Origin: Candidatus Poseidoniaceae archaeon
Lineage (GTDB): Archaea; Thermoplasmatota; Poseidoniia; Poseidoniales; Poseidoniaceae
Length of the DNA: 64,000 nt
NCBI GenBank assembly: GCA_949372655.1
Contig: CASIAI010000003.1
Span: 44,009-108,008, forward strand
Reading direction: 5' to 3'
This document shows, in pieces, positions 48,848-58,340 of this stretch. Position numbers and translations under genes: made by a program. Position 1 is the stretch's first letter, and each line of letters begins with the position of its first letter. The notes under the pieces are model-generated. The model did no database searches, was not told the DNA's origin, and saw nothing but the letters and a program-made list of their open reading frames with translations.

Positions 48848-50475
48848 GATTTCTTTTGCTCTTTGTTCGAAGGTAATAATCTCTTGAAAAGAGCGACAGC
48901 TGTTCTATCTGCTTGTTCTTTTTCTTCTTTAGCCCAGGTGCTTGGATGTAGCAGAATTACTGCGGTAAGTAATTCTAGTCTTCCAAACCACATTAAAACC
49001 GAAGTTATCAACAAAGTGATTGAATTCATACCTGCCCATGTTTCACTTGGACCATAATCTCCTAATGCAGGGCCGGTATTTCCTAGGCACGATGCAACAA
49101 CTGAAATTATACTTTCAAAAGAATCATTTTCCATAAAAATAGCAAGAAGAATACATGATATGGCGAATAAACCTATCCAAACAAATAACATCCCCACAAT
49201 AAGACCCAATTGTTGTCTTTCTACAACTTCACTATTCATCCTTATTCTTTGAATTCTTCTAGGGTGTGCTATTTTGACCAATTCTCTCATTGCTACTTTG
49301 AATGCTAAATTTATTCTTAGAAGTTTTAAACCTCCACTAGTAGAACCAGCACATGCCCCCACAATCATCAAAATCAGGAATAATATCTTTGTAACCATTG
49401 GCCAAACAATATAGTTAGTAGATGCATATCCAGTTGATGTACCAATGGATATTACATTGAATATACTATATCTAAAGCTATTTCCTAAAGCCATATCTGT
49501 AGAGGTTAGAGCGATAACCATAGCCCCAATTGCCATTCCGAGGTACACAAGATAACTTCTAAATTCTTCATCACCATATACCTGCTTGAATTCTTTCATA
49601 CAAATTAACCAAATTAAGGTGAAATTTACACCTGCTAAGAACATGAATATTACAATTATGCTCTCTACTGCAATAGAATCAAAATATCCAATACTAGCAT
49701 CATGAGTTGAAAAACCCCCTGACGCAACAGTTGTCAATGCGTGATTTAGTGAATCAAACATCGTCATTTCACCAACAATTTTCAATAAGATAAATTCAAT
49801 TATTGTCAAGGCAATGTATAGCCCCCATAGAGCAATTGCTGTTTGTTGTAGTTTAGGTTTGATTTTAGACAGGGATGGACCGGTAAGTTCAGCCCTTGCA
49901 AGTGCCATTCCTCCACCGATAATTCGAGATAGAATCATCATTCCAAGCATAATTATTCCCATACCACCTAACCATTGAGTTAATGATCTCCATATTAGCA
50001 ATCCCTTAGGCTGGGCATTGATACAATCTATTGTACTTCCAGGGATACAATTAGGACTCATTGCTGGTGAAATTACAGTAGCTCCAGTCGTTGTGAATCC
50101 CGACATCGATTCAAACCAAGAATTAACTGCTCCTCTTGCAATATCTATAAATTGTACATTATCTGCAAACGGGCCAATGAATACTCCCCCAAACCAATAT
50201 GGTAGTGCACCAATGAGTACTGCTAATGGCCAAACTAGTGCCACAGCAGCAAATGCTTCTTTATCTCTAAGTCGTTCACTTGTATTAGTCCTGGTAAAAC
50301 TAAGAAGTATAACACCTAGAATTGGAGAAATTAGGCATGGAATGGCGAATGAATACAATGCAACCTCTAGACTATCTAGCCAGATTGTTGCTAAACCACA
50401 AAGAAATAATGGGACTGTAAGTGCAATAAGCGTCCAGCCTAGAATAAGATAAAGAACATCTTTTCGCATCTTCAC
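48844..50475 (-). CDS. trkH: Trk potassium uptake membrane protein TrkH
   Basis: FESMSGFTTTG, QWLGGMG, SGGFS, STGY, GSTSGGLK, LGNTGP, GRLE. Confidence 0.95.
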   Translation of the reverse strand: MKMRKDVLYLILGWTLIALTVPLFLCGLATIWLDSLEVALYSFAIPCLISPILGVILLSFTRTNTSERLRDKEAFAAVALVWPLAVLIGALPYWFGGVFIGPFADNVQFIDIARGAVNSWFESMSGFTTTGATVISPAMSPNCIPGSTIDCINAQPKGLLIWRSLTQWLGGMGIIMLGMMILSRIIGGGMALARAELTGPSLSKIKPKLQQTAIALWGLYIALTIIEFILLKIVGEMTMFDSLNHALTTVASGGFSTHDASIGYFDSIAVESIIVIFMFLAGVNFTLIWLICMKEFKQVYGDEEFRSYLVYLGMAIGAMVIALTSTDMALGNSFRYSIFNVISIGTSTGYASTNYIVWPMVTKILFLILMIVGACAGSTSGGLKLLRINLAFKVAMRELVKIAHPRRIQRIRMNSEVVERQQLGLIVGMLFVWIGLFAISCILLAIFMENDSFESIISVVASCLGNTGPALGDYGPSETWAGMNSITLLITSVLMWFGRLELLTAVILLHPSTWAKEEKEQADRTAVALFKRLLPSNKEQKKS

Positions 50476-51890
50476 ACCTTGAATCTTCGCTCCAAATCGG
50501 AAACTCGGTCTGGGCTACAGAAAATTATCAAACGGTCATTAGATAATATTGTTTTTTCTGGTGATGGCCTCAATGTTTCCCAATAACCATCGACTGTTTC
50601 ACGTTGAATAAATGCGATTCGCATCCAATCAGGGAATCCCGCATCAGCAATTCTCTTATTCGCGAATTTATGTGCATCATCAATACGCATACTAATCCCT
50701 ACGATGTTTGGTACATTAGAAAGAACTGCATACGCTCCAGCAGCCTTCGTGTGAATATGAGCCAGAATATTATCGACAGCCACACGCTTTCTATCTACTG
50801 CGAATGTGATACCCATTCTTTGTGTGACCTTTACCAAATCAGCATCATACAATAGTAGACCGGTTCTTTGAACTCCCATATCGCTTGCTAGAAGTGCTGC
50901 AGCAATACTTTCGTGGTCTGATTCAAGTGCTGCAATCGCTATGTGATTATCAGGAATTCCAACCTCGGTCAAAATATCTCTATCAAGATGGTCTCCATGA
51001 ATAATTTCTAAATTAGGGTGCGAACCAATTGAAGAACCTGAAAGATTGTTTGCCATCTGTAAGTCTCTTTCGATCACAGTTACATGTGCTCCATTCATCA
51101 ACCAGTTTTCAGCTATTAATTGACCTATTTTATTAGCTCCAATAATCGCAACTTTAGGGTTCATTGGGAAGTCAATCGCCTCATGACCAAAAATATTTAA
51201 AATACGATTGAAACTACTAAGACCCGTAGTTGCTACTGCAATTACATCGTTAGGCATTAACATAAAGTCTCCATCCGGGACTATGCTTTTCTCACCTTCA
51301 CGTTTGACACCGACAATCAGAGGAATCCCACCATCTATTGATTTACTTGCTTCGGATAGAGTCTTGAATACTAAGTGCTCTGCATTTTTAGTAACATCGA
51401 ATTCGATGATATAAGCGTCGTGACCAAATGGTATTACTTCTTCAATAGAAGAAGACCTCAATCCTGTATGTAATCTTCTAATGGCACCATCAAGTGGATT
51501 TACAGCATGATTTACTTTAGCCCACTTGGTTAGATGCCCTCTTTTTTGTTCATCGATATAATTCATATCTCTTACGCGGCAAATTGATAGTAGAGGTTTT
51601 GCCTTCTTCCCACCGAATTCATAATGTGCATGCTCTGCTAGAGCACAAGCAATAAGATTCCTCTCGTCAGAATTTGTTGCTGCAACAAATACTTCTGCTT
51701 CTCCAATTCCTGCCTCGTTTAGTTTTTGACGTTTAGTTAGGTCACCATGGATTACCAAAACATCTAGGTTTTGAGCATTCTTTACCGCTCTTGAATCGTA
51801 ATCAACCAAGACTACATCCATCTCTTCAGCCCTAAGTGCACGAGCAAGTTCGGTTCCTACTCTCCCAGCTCCTCCAATGATTATTCGCAT
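50472..51890 (-). CDS. trkA: Trk potassium uptake regulatory protein TrkA
   Basis: Two RCK units (GAGRVG; GANKIG) and DERNL; coupled to trkH. Confidence 0.93.
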   Translation of the reverse strand: MRIIIGGAGRVGTELARALRAEEMDVVLVDYDSRAVKNAQNLDVLVIHGDLTKRQKLNEAGIGEAEVFVAATNSDERNLIACALAEHAHYEFGGKKAKPLLSICRVRDMNYIDEQKRGHLTKWAKVNHAVNPLDGAIRRLHTGLRSSSIEEVIPFGHDAYIIEFDVTKNAEHLVFKTLSEASKSIDGGIPLIVGVKREGEKSIVPDGDFMLMPNDVIAVATTGLSSFNRILNIFGHEAIDFPMNPKVAIIGANKIGQLIAENWLMNGAHVTVIERDLQMANNLSGSSIGSHPNLEIIHGDHLDRDILTEVGIPDNHIAIAALESDHESIAAALLASDMGVQRTGLLLYDADLVKVTQRMGITFAVDRKRVAVDNILAHIHTKAAGAYAVLSNVPNIVGISMRIDDAHKFANKRIADAGFPDWMRIAFIQRETVDGYWETLRPSPEKTILSNDRLIIFCSPDRVSDLERRFKV

Positions 51891-51894
51891 TTTA

Positions 51895-53490
51895 TCACCT
51901 CAAGTTCTCTGCCAATTTTTTAACTTGGAATGTTCCACCAGTTACTTCAAGAAGTTCTAAAGTTGCGAAACTTCTAGTTCGATCAACATCACAGCACCTG
52001 CCTCCTGGTTTGTAGTATGATTTGACTAAGCTTCCAGAGGGGTCTGCCTCTTCTATCCAATCGATATAGGCAGTAGGGGTGTGAAGCAACCATTTATTGT
52101 TCACAACATCGACAGAGCCTTCAACAAAACAAGAATTTAATTCGATATTTCGACTATTACACCAACTTTCACTCATTGGCAGTAAAATATAGCCCCATGC
52201 GTGACCCTCCCAATCTACATAAGTAGAATCAGTTAATGCCCCAAAGACATACCATCCTGGTATTCCTTTTGCTCTTAGAAGTGAGAAATAAGCATTGGTT
52301 TGTTCATCACAGTCGCCGATGCTTGCAGTGAGACAAGCAGGCCCACTTCTAGCAACAATAGGAGCATTTTTATCATATACAACATTTTTATGCAGGTAAT
52401 CAAATGCTGCTCTAGCAAATGCATATGCATTATCAGAGCGACCATCTGGGATAGATGCTGATATGATGTCAACTGTGTCTTGAACAATATCAAACTGAAT
52501 TGCATCTATCGCGTAGTCTTGGTAAGGACCATCTTCACCAATCATTCCACCTCGATTATACCACTGTTTAGCACCAAATTGTATAAGTTTAGAACCAGAA
52601 CCTCTATCACTAATATCATCGAAAGTTCCACTACGATCTATATTTATTCCATCGCTTGAACCTGCTACTCTTGAATCAACTCTTGTCAAAGAAGACCACC
52701 AAGAATATGAAGTGCTGGTTAGATTTACTGCAAATGTAACCTTTGCAGATTCTTTAGGTCCCAAACTGAGATTAAACTTGACACAGTTCCCAATCTTACA
52801 CTCGTTTACTCCAGGGCCTACTCCAGGCCACCAAATACTATGCCCATCGCTAGTAATGACCTTATCTGCAAAGGATTTAACTGGCTGGCCATTCAATGGT
52901 ATCGATATATAGTCATCATCATTTATAACTAATTTAATAGAATTGATTTTCTGAATTGAATTTGGTACATCATTGGGAGTAACTCCATCGGTATAAGAAA
53001 ATGTAGAGTTTTCCTTGTGCAGGGATGAAATATCATTCGGTATTGCTAAATTCTCTGTAGCATAACTATTTCCATCTTCATTATAAAAATCAATAGTTTT
53101 AGCAATTGTATAAGTTGATTCAACAGGATACAGATGGTAAGGTGCAGCGGCTAACTGAATGTATTCTTTAATTCCAGCCCATTTTTCAAACACGTGTTCT
53201 CGAGCTTGTGGAGAGAGCATTATGAAAGCAACTAAACTAAGCATGATTACGCTACGAAATCTATTTTTTCTTCTCTTCAGAATATTTCTTCTCTTACCCT
53301 TGTGGGTCATAACCATACCAGACTTGGTTGGTTTCTTTGTTTTCATGTATGTAGTTTCAACATTCCCTCGGTTGAATTGTTGCTCAGCAGCAAAGTTTGG
53401 AGATTTAATGTTGGCTAACACCCTCCCACAGGAATAGCAAATTGTATCACCCGGTAGAGTGACGCTTCGGCAATAAGGGCAGTTGCCCAT
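51895..53490 (-). CDS. Transglutaminase-like protein with N-terminal Zn ribbon and TM anchor
   Basis: CPYC..CYSC, basic stretch then TM, catalytic GDCDEQ..LLRAKGIP, GHAW, VD. Start moved to ATG 53490. Confidence 0.82.
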   Translation of the reverse strand: MGNCPYCRSVTLPGDTICYSCGRVLANIKSPNFAAEQQFNRGNVETTYMKTKKPTKSGMVMTHKGKRRNILKRRKNRFRSVIMLSLVAFIMLSPQAREHVFEKWAGIKEYIQLAAAPYHLYPVESTYTIAKTIDFYNEDGNSYATENLAIPNDISSLHKENSTFSYTDGVTPNDVPNSIQKINSIKLVINDDDYISIPLNGQPVKSFADKVITSDGHSIWWPGVGPGVNECKIGNCVKFNLSLGPKESAKVTFAVNLTSTSYSWWSSLTRVDSRVAGSSDGINIDRSGTFDDISDRGSGSKLIQFGAKQWYNRGGMIGEDGPYQDYAIDAIQFDIVQDTVDIISASIPDGRSDNAYAFARAAFDYLHKNVVYDKNAPIVARSGPACLTASIGDCDEQTNAYFSLLRAKGIPGWYVFGALTDSTYVDWEGHAWGYILLPMSESWCNSRNIELNSCFVEGSVDVVNNKWLLHTPTAYIDWIEEADPSGSLVKSYYKPGGRCCDVDRTRSFATLELLEVTGGTFQVKKLAENLR

Positions 53491-53610
53491 ATTACACCGT
53501 CCTTGCCGGCATTGTATAACGATTACCTGCGGAAAGCCATCAAACTCTTTATTTGTAAAGTGAAACATAAATTAGCTAATTGATGGTACATGAGTCAAGT
53601 AAAGAACTAC

Positions 53611-54402
53611 TTACTCACTAGAATCATCAATTTGATTATGATTGTGCTTTTCATTGGACATTTCCTTGTTCATTCTCGCTTGCCTCGCCCATATTTTTCT
53701 CAATCTTTTCTTACCCTCACTAGGGATAGATTCCCATATCCATAAATTCGAGCTTCTTGTGAAAATAAGTATCATTGGAATAATAAATATCCATGCTAGA
53801 AGATTAATCATTGCGAATGGGAACATAATCATATATCCACATCGCCAAAAGGATGAGCGTAAGACTGCACCCCACCTTTTTCCTTTCAGCATCAGATGGC
53901 CATGATAACTGGTGATAAGTGCCTCACATCTGGGGCTAAAGACAGCTATCCCTGCGATCGTAATTACTAGTTCTAGATAATTGAAGCCAAACTCGTCTTT
54001 TACTTCCATTGTCTTGTAAATCATTATCATAGAAATCATTCCACCGGTCGCAAGACCTAATGCCCAACCACTGGTTGTTTGTGAGCTTCCTTTCCTAACT
54101 CTACCTCTTCTTAGCAGAAAGTGTGATGCTACCGATGCTAATACGCAAATAATGATTATATTTAGTGGATTGACAACTCCTTGATTATCGTCTAAGAGCA
54201 TAGAGAGATATGGGCTTATTACAGCGTCATGAGCTAACCTTCCGTAAACTCCACCAAGTAATAAACCCCAGAATATATTGCTCCATGCAGTGGGAAGGTC
54301 ATAGAATCCAGAATATCGTGTCATTACGCCTTTCCAACCCATTGTCATCCCAATTAGAGCGGATATACTCGCTAATTGGAACAATAGTAATGTCGAAGCC
54401 AT
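53611..54402 (-). CDS. Uncharacterised polytopic membrane protein (possibly PrsW-like, degenerate)
   Basis: About 7 TM helices; GWALGLATGG; no EExxK motif. Confidence 0.6.
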   Translation of the reverse strand: MASTLLLFQLASISALIGMTMGWKGVMTRYSGFYDLPTAWSNIFWGLLLGGVYGRLAHDAVISPYLSMLLDDNQGVVNPLNIIIICVLASVASHFLLRRGRVRKGSSQTTSGWALGLATGGMISMIMIYKTMEVKDEFGFNYLELVITIAGIAVFSPRCEALITSYHGHLMLKGKRWGAVLRSSFWRCGYMIMFPFAMINLLAWIFIIPMILIFTRSSNLWIWESIPSEGKKRLRKIWARQARMNKEMSNEKHNHNQIDDSSE

Positions 54403-54462
54403 AATTGGCCCTGATAGTTTTACTTCATCAAGTCAATGTAGATTTTTTTGATTTGCGTTGGA

Positions 54463-54468
54463 TTCAAA
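54463..54468 (+). promoter_or_regulatory. Putative TATA-equivalent TTCAAA
   Basis: 23 nt upstream of Get3/ArsA ATG 54492. Confidence 0.55.
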
Positions 54469-54491
54469 GACCTTCAACGTTAGGCCATGTC

Positions 54492-55745
54492 ATGGCAAGA
54501 CTACTGTTATTTGGTGGGAAAGGTGGAGTGGGTAAGACCACAACATCAGCGGCTACCGCTGTTTGGCTAGCAGATTCAGGACTCCGTGTCCTTATTGTGT
54601 CTAGTGACCCTGCTCATTCAACTTCAGATTCTTTAGGTGTTGATATTGGTACTGAACCAACTCCAATTGATGGTGTTGAAGGTTTGTTTGGTTTAGAGAT
54701 GGACCCTGAATCTAAAATATCGAACCTACTTCCTAAGTTAGGCAAAATGGTAGATGGAATGAACAATAAAGGAGGTCTAGGAGGTCTTGGAGGTCTTAGT
54801 ATGATGCTTGACTCAAATGCCAAAGAAGAAATAGAAGATATGAAATCTGAAATTCAAACTTCCGAAATGATTCTTCCAGGACTGGATGAAGCATTAGCAT
54901 TTGATGAACTGTTGCGGCATGTTGAAGACCCAAATTGGGATGTAATTGTCTTTGACACAGCACCAACTGGACACACTCTAAGATTCCTCTCTCTACCTGA
55001 AATAATCGAAGCCTGGTCAGGTCGACTAATTCGTATGATGAGAATATCTGGTGGAATTAGGTCAATGCTTTTTGGTAGTAAAGAAAGTAATGAGATGAAG
55101 GAGGAATTAGAAAAATTCCGTCGCAGAGTCTTGCATGTTCGCCGAGTTCTGAGTGATGAACAGTTAACATCTTTCACATTGGTCACAATTCCTGAAAGAA
55201 TGGGTGTTAATGAAACCCTTCGAGCCCACAAATCTCTTTTGGAATTTAATCTTCCAGTGCATAGTTGCTTAGTAAACCGTCTAACTCCCGAGTTTGACCA
55301 TCCTTTCCTAATCAAAAGAAGAGATGCGGAATTATTACGTATTTCAGAATTAGAGGATAAATTAGATTCAGTAGATATCGCATCACTAGAGTTATTAGAC
55401 CAGGAAGTTATTGGGATTGAAAATTTACGAAATGTCGGTAAAACATTGTATGGCCCTCCAACATTAATTGAAGATTCTCTGGGTCCACATAAAATTGGAG
55501 ACTTATTGAAGCATGAAATCCACCGCGGTATGGTAACGGAATCTCATGAAGGATTTGAGCGTATTTTCCTTCATTTTCCTGGAATAAAGCGTGATGAATT
55601 ATCTCTAAGAAGTGATGAAGGAGTTCTGTATATTGGTCTTAATGGCAGAGAGAAAGAAATCAATACAAGCGTTCCAGTGAAAGCAAGTCAAGTCGATGCT
55701 AAATTGGAAGGAGATGTACTACGTCTCGATATCCCTCTTGAATGA
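54492..55745 (+). CDS. Get3/ArsA-family ATPase with C-terminal HSP20-like domain
   Basis: GKGGVGKTT, SSDPAHS, PGLDE, DTAPTGHTLR; beta-sandwich tail FPGIKRDELSL..DAKLEGDVLRL. Start moved to ATG 54492. Confidence 0.9.
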   Translation: MARLLLFGGKGGVGKTTTSAATAVWLADSGLRVLIVSSDPAHSTSDSLGVDIGTEPTPIDGVEGLFGLEMDPESKISNLLPKLGKMVDGMNNKGGLGGLGGLSMMLDSNAKEEIEDMKSEIQTSEMILPGLDEALAFDELLRHVEDPNWDVIVFDTAPTGHTLRFLSLPEIIEAWSGRLIRMMRISGGIRSMLFGSKESNEMKEELEKFRRRVLHVRRVLSDEQLTSFTLVTIPERMGVNETLRAHKSLLEFNLPVHSCLVNRLTPEFDHPFLIKRRDAELLRISELEDKLDSVDIASLELLDQEVIGIENLRNVGKTLYGPPTLIEDSLGPHKIGDLLKHEIHRGMVTESHEGFERIFLHFPGIKRDELSLRSDEGVLYIGLNGREKEINTSVPVKASQVDAKLEGDVLRLDIPLE

Positions 55746-55761
55746 TTATTTAATGAATGGG

Positions 55762-55767
55762 TTCAAA
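55762..55767 (+). promoter_or_regulatory. Putative TATA-equivalent TTCAAA
   Basis: 23 nt upstream of SRP54 ATG 55791. Confidence 0.55.
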
Positions 55768-55790
55768 GAGTAAAACGGTCACGGACCATC

Positions 55791-57161
55791 ATGGCACTCG
55801 AAGGTCTATCTAGAGGGATATTCCGCTCCCTTGGCTTTCTTAAAAATAGAAGAAAGTTAGATGAGGAAGAACTTCGAGAAATGACACGTAGTTTGAGAAG
55901 AGCTTTGCAAGAAGCAGATTTCAACGTTAGGCAAACTAAGGAAATAGTCGAGAGGCTTGAAAATAAGCTCAAGGAAGAGGAACCTAGGCCTGGTCTAAAC
56001 TTACAAACACATGCTATGAATATTCTCTATACTGAACTGGTAAGAATTCTAGGTCCTTCACATGATTTTCAACCTAGAGGCTCCACTCTTCTTCTCGTAG
56101 GTTTATACGGTCAAGGAAAAACTACTACAACTGCAAAACTTGCTGAATGGTATAGAAGAAAACATGGCTTAAGGGTCGCAGTAATAGAAGCTGACGTTCA
56201 TCGTCCTGGGGCATATGCTCAACTTTCACAATTACTCGAAGACTCTTCGGTAATAGTTTATGGAGAACCTGAAAATAAAGATGCAGCATCTATTGTTAGA
56301 AATGGTTTGAAAGAGTGTGCCTCGGCTGATATGATAATAGTAGATACTGCTGGACGTCACCAATTAGATCAAGAACTAGTGGAAGAACTTGAGAATATCT
56401 CTTCTTTAACTCGGGCTACAGAAAGATGGCTTGTTATTGACGCTCAAGTCGGTCAAGCAGCAGGTCCAGTTGCAGCATCATTCCATACCTTAGCTGGAGT
56501 GACTGGAATTGTAGTTACTAAATTAGATGGTACTGCCAGAGGCGGTGGTGCACTTTCAGCTGTTGCCGCAACAGGCGCTCCAATCGTTCACATTGGTGTT
56601 GGAGAAAAAGTCAGTGATTTGGAAAAGTTTGAGTCGGATAGATTTATTTCCAGACTTCTTGGAATGGGAGATATCCAAGGGTTAATTGACTTAGCACCTG
56701 AAGATTTAGATGAAGAAGAAGCTATGCGCTTGACTCAAAGAATGATGAGTGGAAGGTTTACTCTAAACGATATGTACAAGCAAATGGAAATGATGTCTAA
56801 AGTGGGCACTATTGACAAACTTATGTCTTTTTTACCAGGTAATATGCTTGGAGGATTAGGAGGGATGTCTAAATCTCAAAAGCATGCTATGCAAGGTAAC
56901 TTAGACCGTTATCGAACAATCATGGATAGTATGACAGGTTGGGAAAAGAATGAACCTGCCAAAATTAAGGCTGATAGAATAAAGAGAATTGCTCGTGGTT
57001 CTGGTGTTCGTGAAAAGGATGTGCGAGAATTAATTGGTCAATGGAATCGCTCTAGAAAAATGATGAAGGGAATGGGCGGTAATCGTAAACTGAATAAACA
57101 AATGCGAAAAATGATGAAAGATGGAGATATGGATATGGATCCATCTTCATTCGGAATGTGA
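55791..57161 (+). CDS. srp54: Signal recognition particle protein SRP54
   Basis: ADFNV, GLYGQGKTTT, DTAGR, TKLDGTARGGGALS, RLLGMGD, Met-rich M domain with RIARGSG. Confidence 0.97.
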   Translation: MALEGLSRGIFRSLGFLKNRRKLDEEELREMTRSLRRALQEADFNVRQTKEIVERLENKLKEEEPRPGLNLQTHAMNILYTELVRILGPSHDFQPRGSTLLLVGLYGQGKTTTTAKLAEWYRRKHGLRVAVIEADVHRPGAYAQLSQLLEDSSVIVYGEPENKDAASIVRNGLKECASADMIIVDTAGRHQLDQELVEELENISSLTRATERWLVIDAQVGQAAGPVAASFHTLAGVTGIVVTKLDGTARGGGALSAVAATGAPIVHIGVGEKVSDLEKFESDRFISRLLGMGDIQGLIDLAPEDLDEEEAMRLTQRMMSGRFTLNDMYKQMEMMSKVGTIDKLMSFLPGNMLGGLGGMSKSQKHAMQGNLDRYRTIMDSMTGWEKNEPAKIKADRIKRIARGSGVREKDVRELIGQWNRSRKMMKGMGGNRKLNKQMRKMMKDGDMDMDPSSFGM

Positions 57162-57167
57162 TTAATT

Positions 57168-58286
57168 TTAATCATCCAAAGGCGGTAAATCCGGAACTAC
57201 CTTTCTATTGACGGCTAACTCAGCAGCAACTATTGCTTCCTGTTCAGCGATTCTAACTCTTTCTTCTTCTGCTAAACGCTTTTCTTCATCATCTAAGAGT
57301 TTTTGTTCCTCTTCCAATTTCCTCTGTTCTTCTAGCTCTGCCATTTCAATGCTTTCTGCAGCCAAACGTTGTTCTTCAGACATTATATTTCTTGCTTCTT
57401 CAACCATCTTTAGATGTGCTTCTTCATCAGCCTTAATTCGTGCTTCTTCGGCTAGTCTTAATTTTTCAGTTTGCTCTTTAGCCAAACGATTTTCTTCCTC
57501 TGTTTTTGCACTTTCTTCGGCTAGTTTTCTCTGTTCTTCTGCTTGTTGTGCTTTTAGTTTGGCTTCTGCGGCTAGTCGTTGTTCTTCAGCGATTTTAATT
57601 CGAGTTTCTTCTTCAATCTTGATTCGTACTTCTTCTTCTGCTCTTTTTCGGGCATCTCCCTCTAGTTGAGCTCTAACCTGAGCTTCAGCCACCAATCTTT
57701 TCTCTTCTTCGATTTTGGCCTTTGCTTCATTCTCAGCATTGATACGTTCGGTTTCTTCTGTAATCCTTCTTGCTTCAGCAACTGCTCTAGCTTCTTGTTC
57801 GGCCCTCATACGAGCCTGAGATTCAATAATTTCATTTACATCAACCTCATTACTAACAGATTCATTTTCTTCAGATTCAACTCTTATTTCGGTCACTTCT
57901 GTTATTTCAATGATATTTTGTTCTGCCCTCATTCGAGCCTCAGTTTCAGAATATACTTTTGCTTCAGCCTCGGCACGAAGTCTCGATTGAATAACTAGCT
58001 CTTGTTCTAATCTGGCTTCATTTTCCATTCTCTCGCTCAATGTGAATCTGTCCATTACTACATTGAATATTTCATTGTACTCTTCATCACTTAGTTCTAG
58101 GATTTCGGTTCTAGCTAAGATCATAAATTGCTCTACATTATACTGGTTAAACATACCATCATGTAAGGCCAATTTAGTTCGTAAAATTTGGTAAAATTTA
58201 CGATGTTCTGACTTAATTACTCCATCAGAAGTGATAAAATCTTGTACGAGAGTTAACACTTCCGTCATGTTTAACTCATCGGACAT
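57168..58286 (-). CDS. E/A/R/K-rich coiled-coil or single-alpha-helix protein with small N-terminal domain
   Basis: Repeated AEEQRLAAE/EEKRLAEE units over about 280 aa. Confidence 0.75.
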   Translation of the reverse strand: MSDELNMTEVLTLVQDFITSDGVIKSEHRKFYQILRTKLALHDGMFNQYNVEQFMILARTEILELSDEEYNEIFNVVMDRFTLSERMENEARLEQELVIQSRLRAEAEAKVYSETEARMRAEQNIIEITEVTEIRVESEENESVSNEVDVNEIIESQARMRAEQEARAVAEARRITEETERINAENEAKAKIEEEKRLVAEAQVRAQLEGDARKRAEEEVRIKIEEETRIKIAEEQRLAAEAKLKAQQAEEQRKLAEESAKTEEENRLAKEQTEKLRLAEEARIKADEEAHLKMVEEARNIMSEEQRLAAESIEMAELEEQRKLEEEQKLLDDEEKRLAEEERVRIAEQEAIVAAELAVNRKVVPDLPPLDD

Positions 58287-58340
58287 GACGATTCCATAAG
58301 GTTATGACTTTTGTTCTTTACTCCTATATTCTTTTTTGAC

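Noticed and set aside
54492-55745. Arsenic-resistance operon
   Set aside because: Single ATPase domain, no evident metalloid-binding Cys set, and no arsB/acr3/arsC/arsD/arsR.
57208-57998. Long plus-strand ORFs and ttcttc repeats
   Set aside because: Antisense shadows of the E/A/R/K-rich minus-strand gene.
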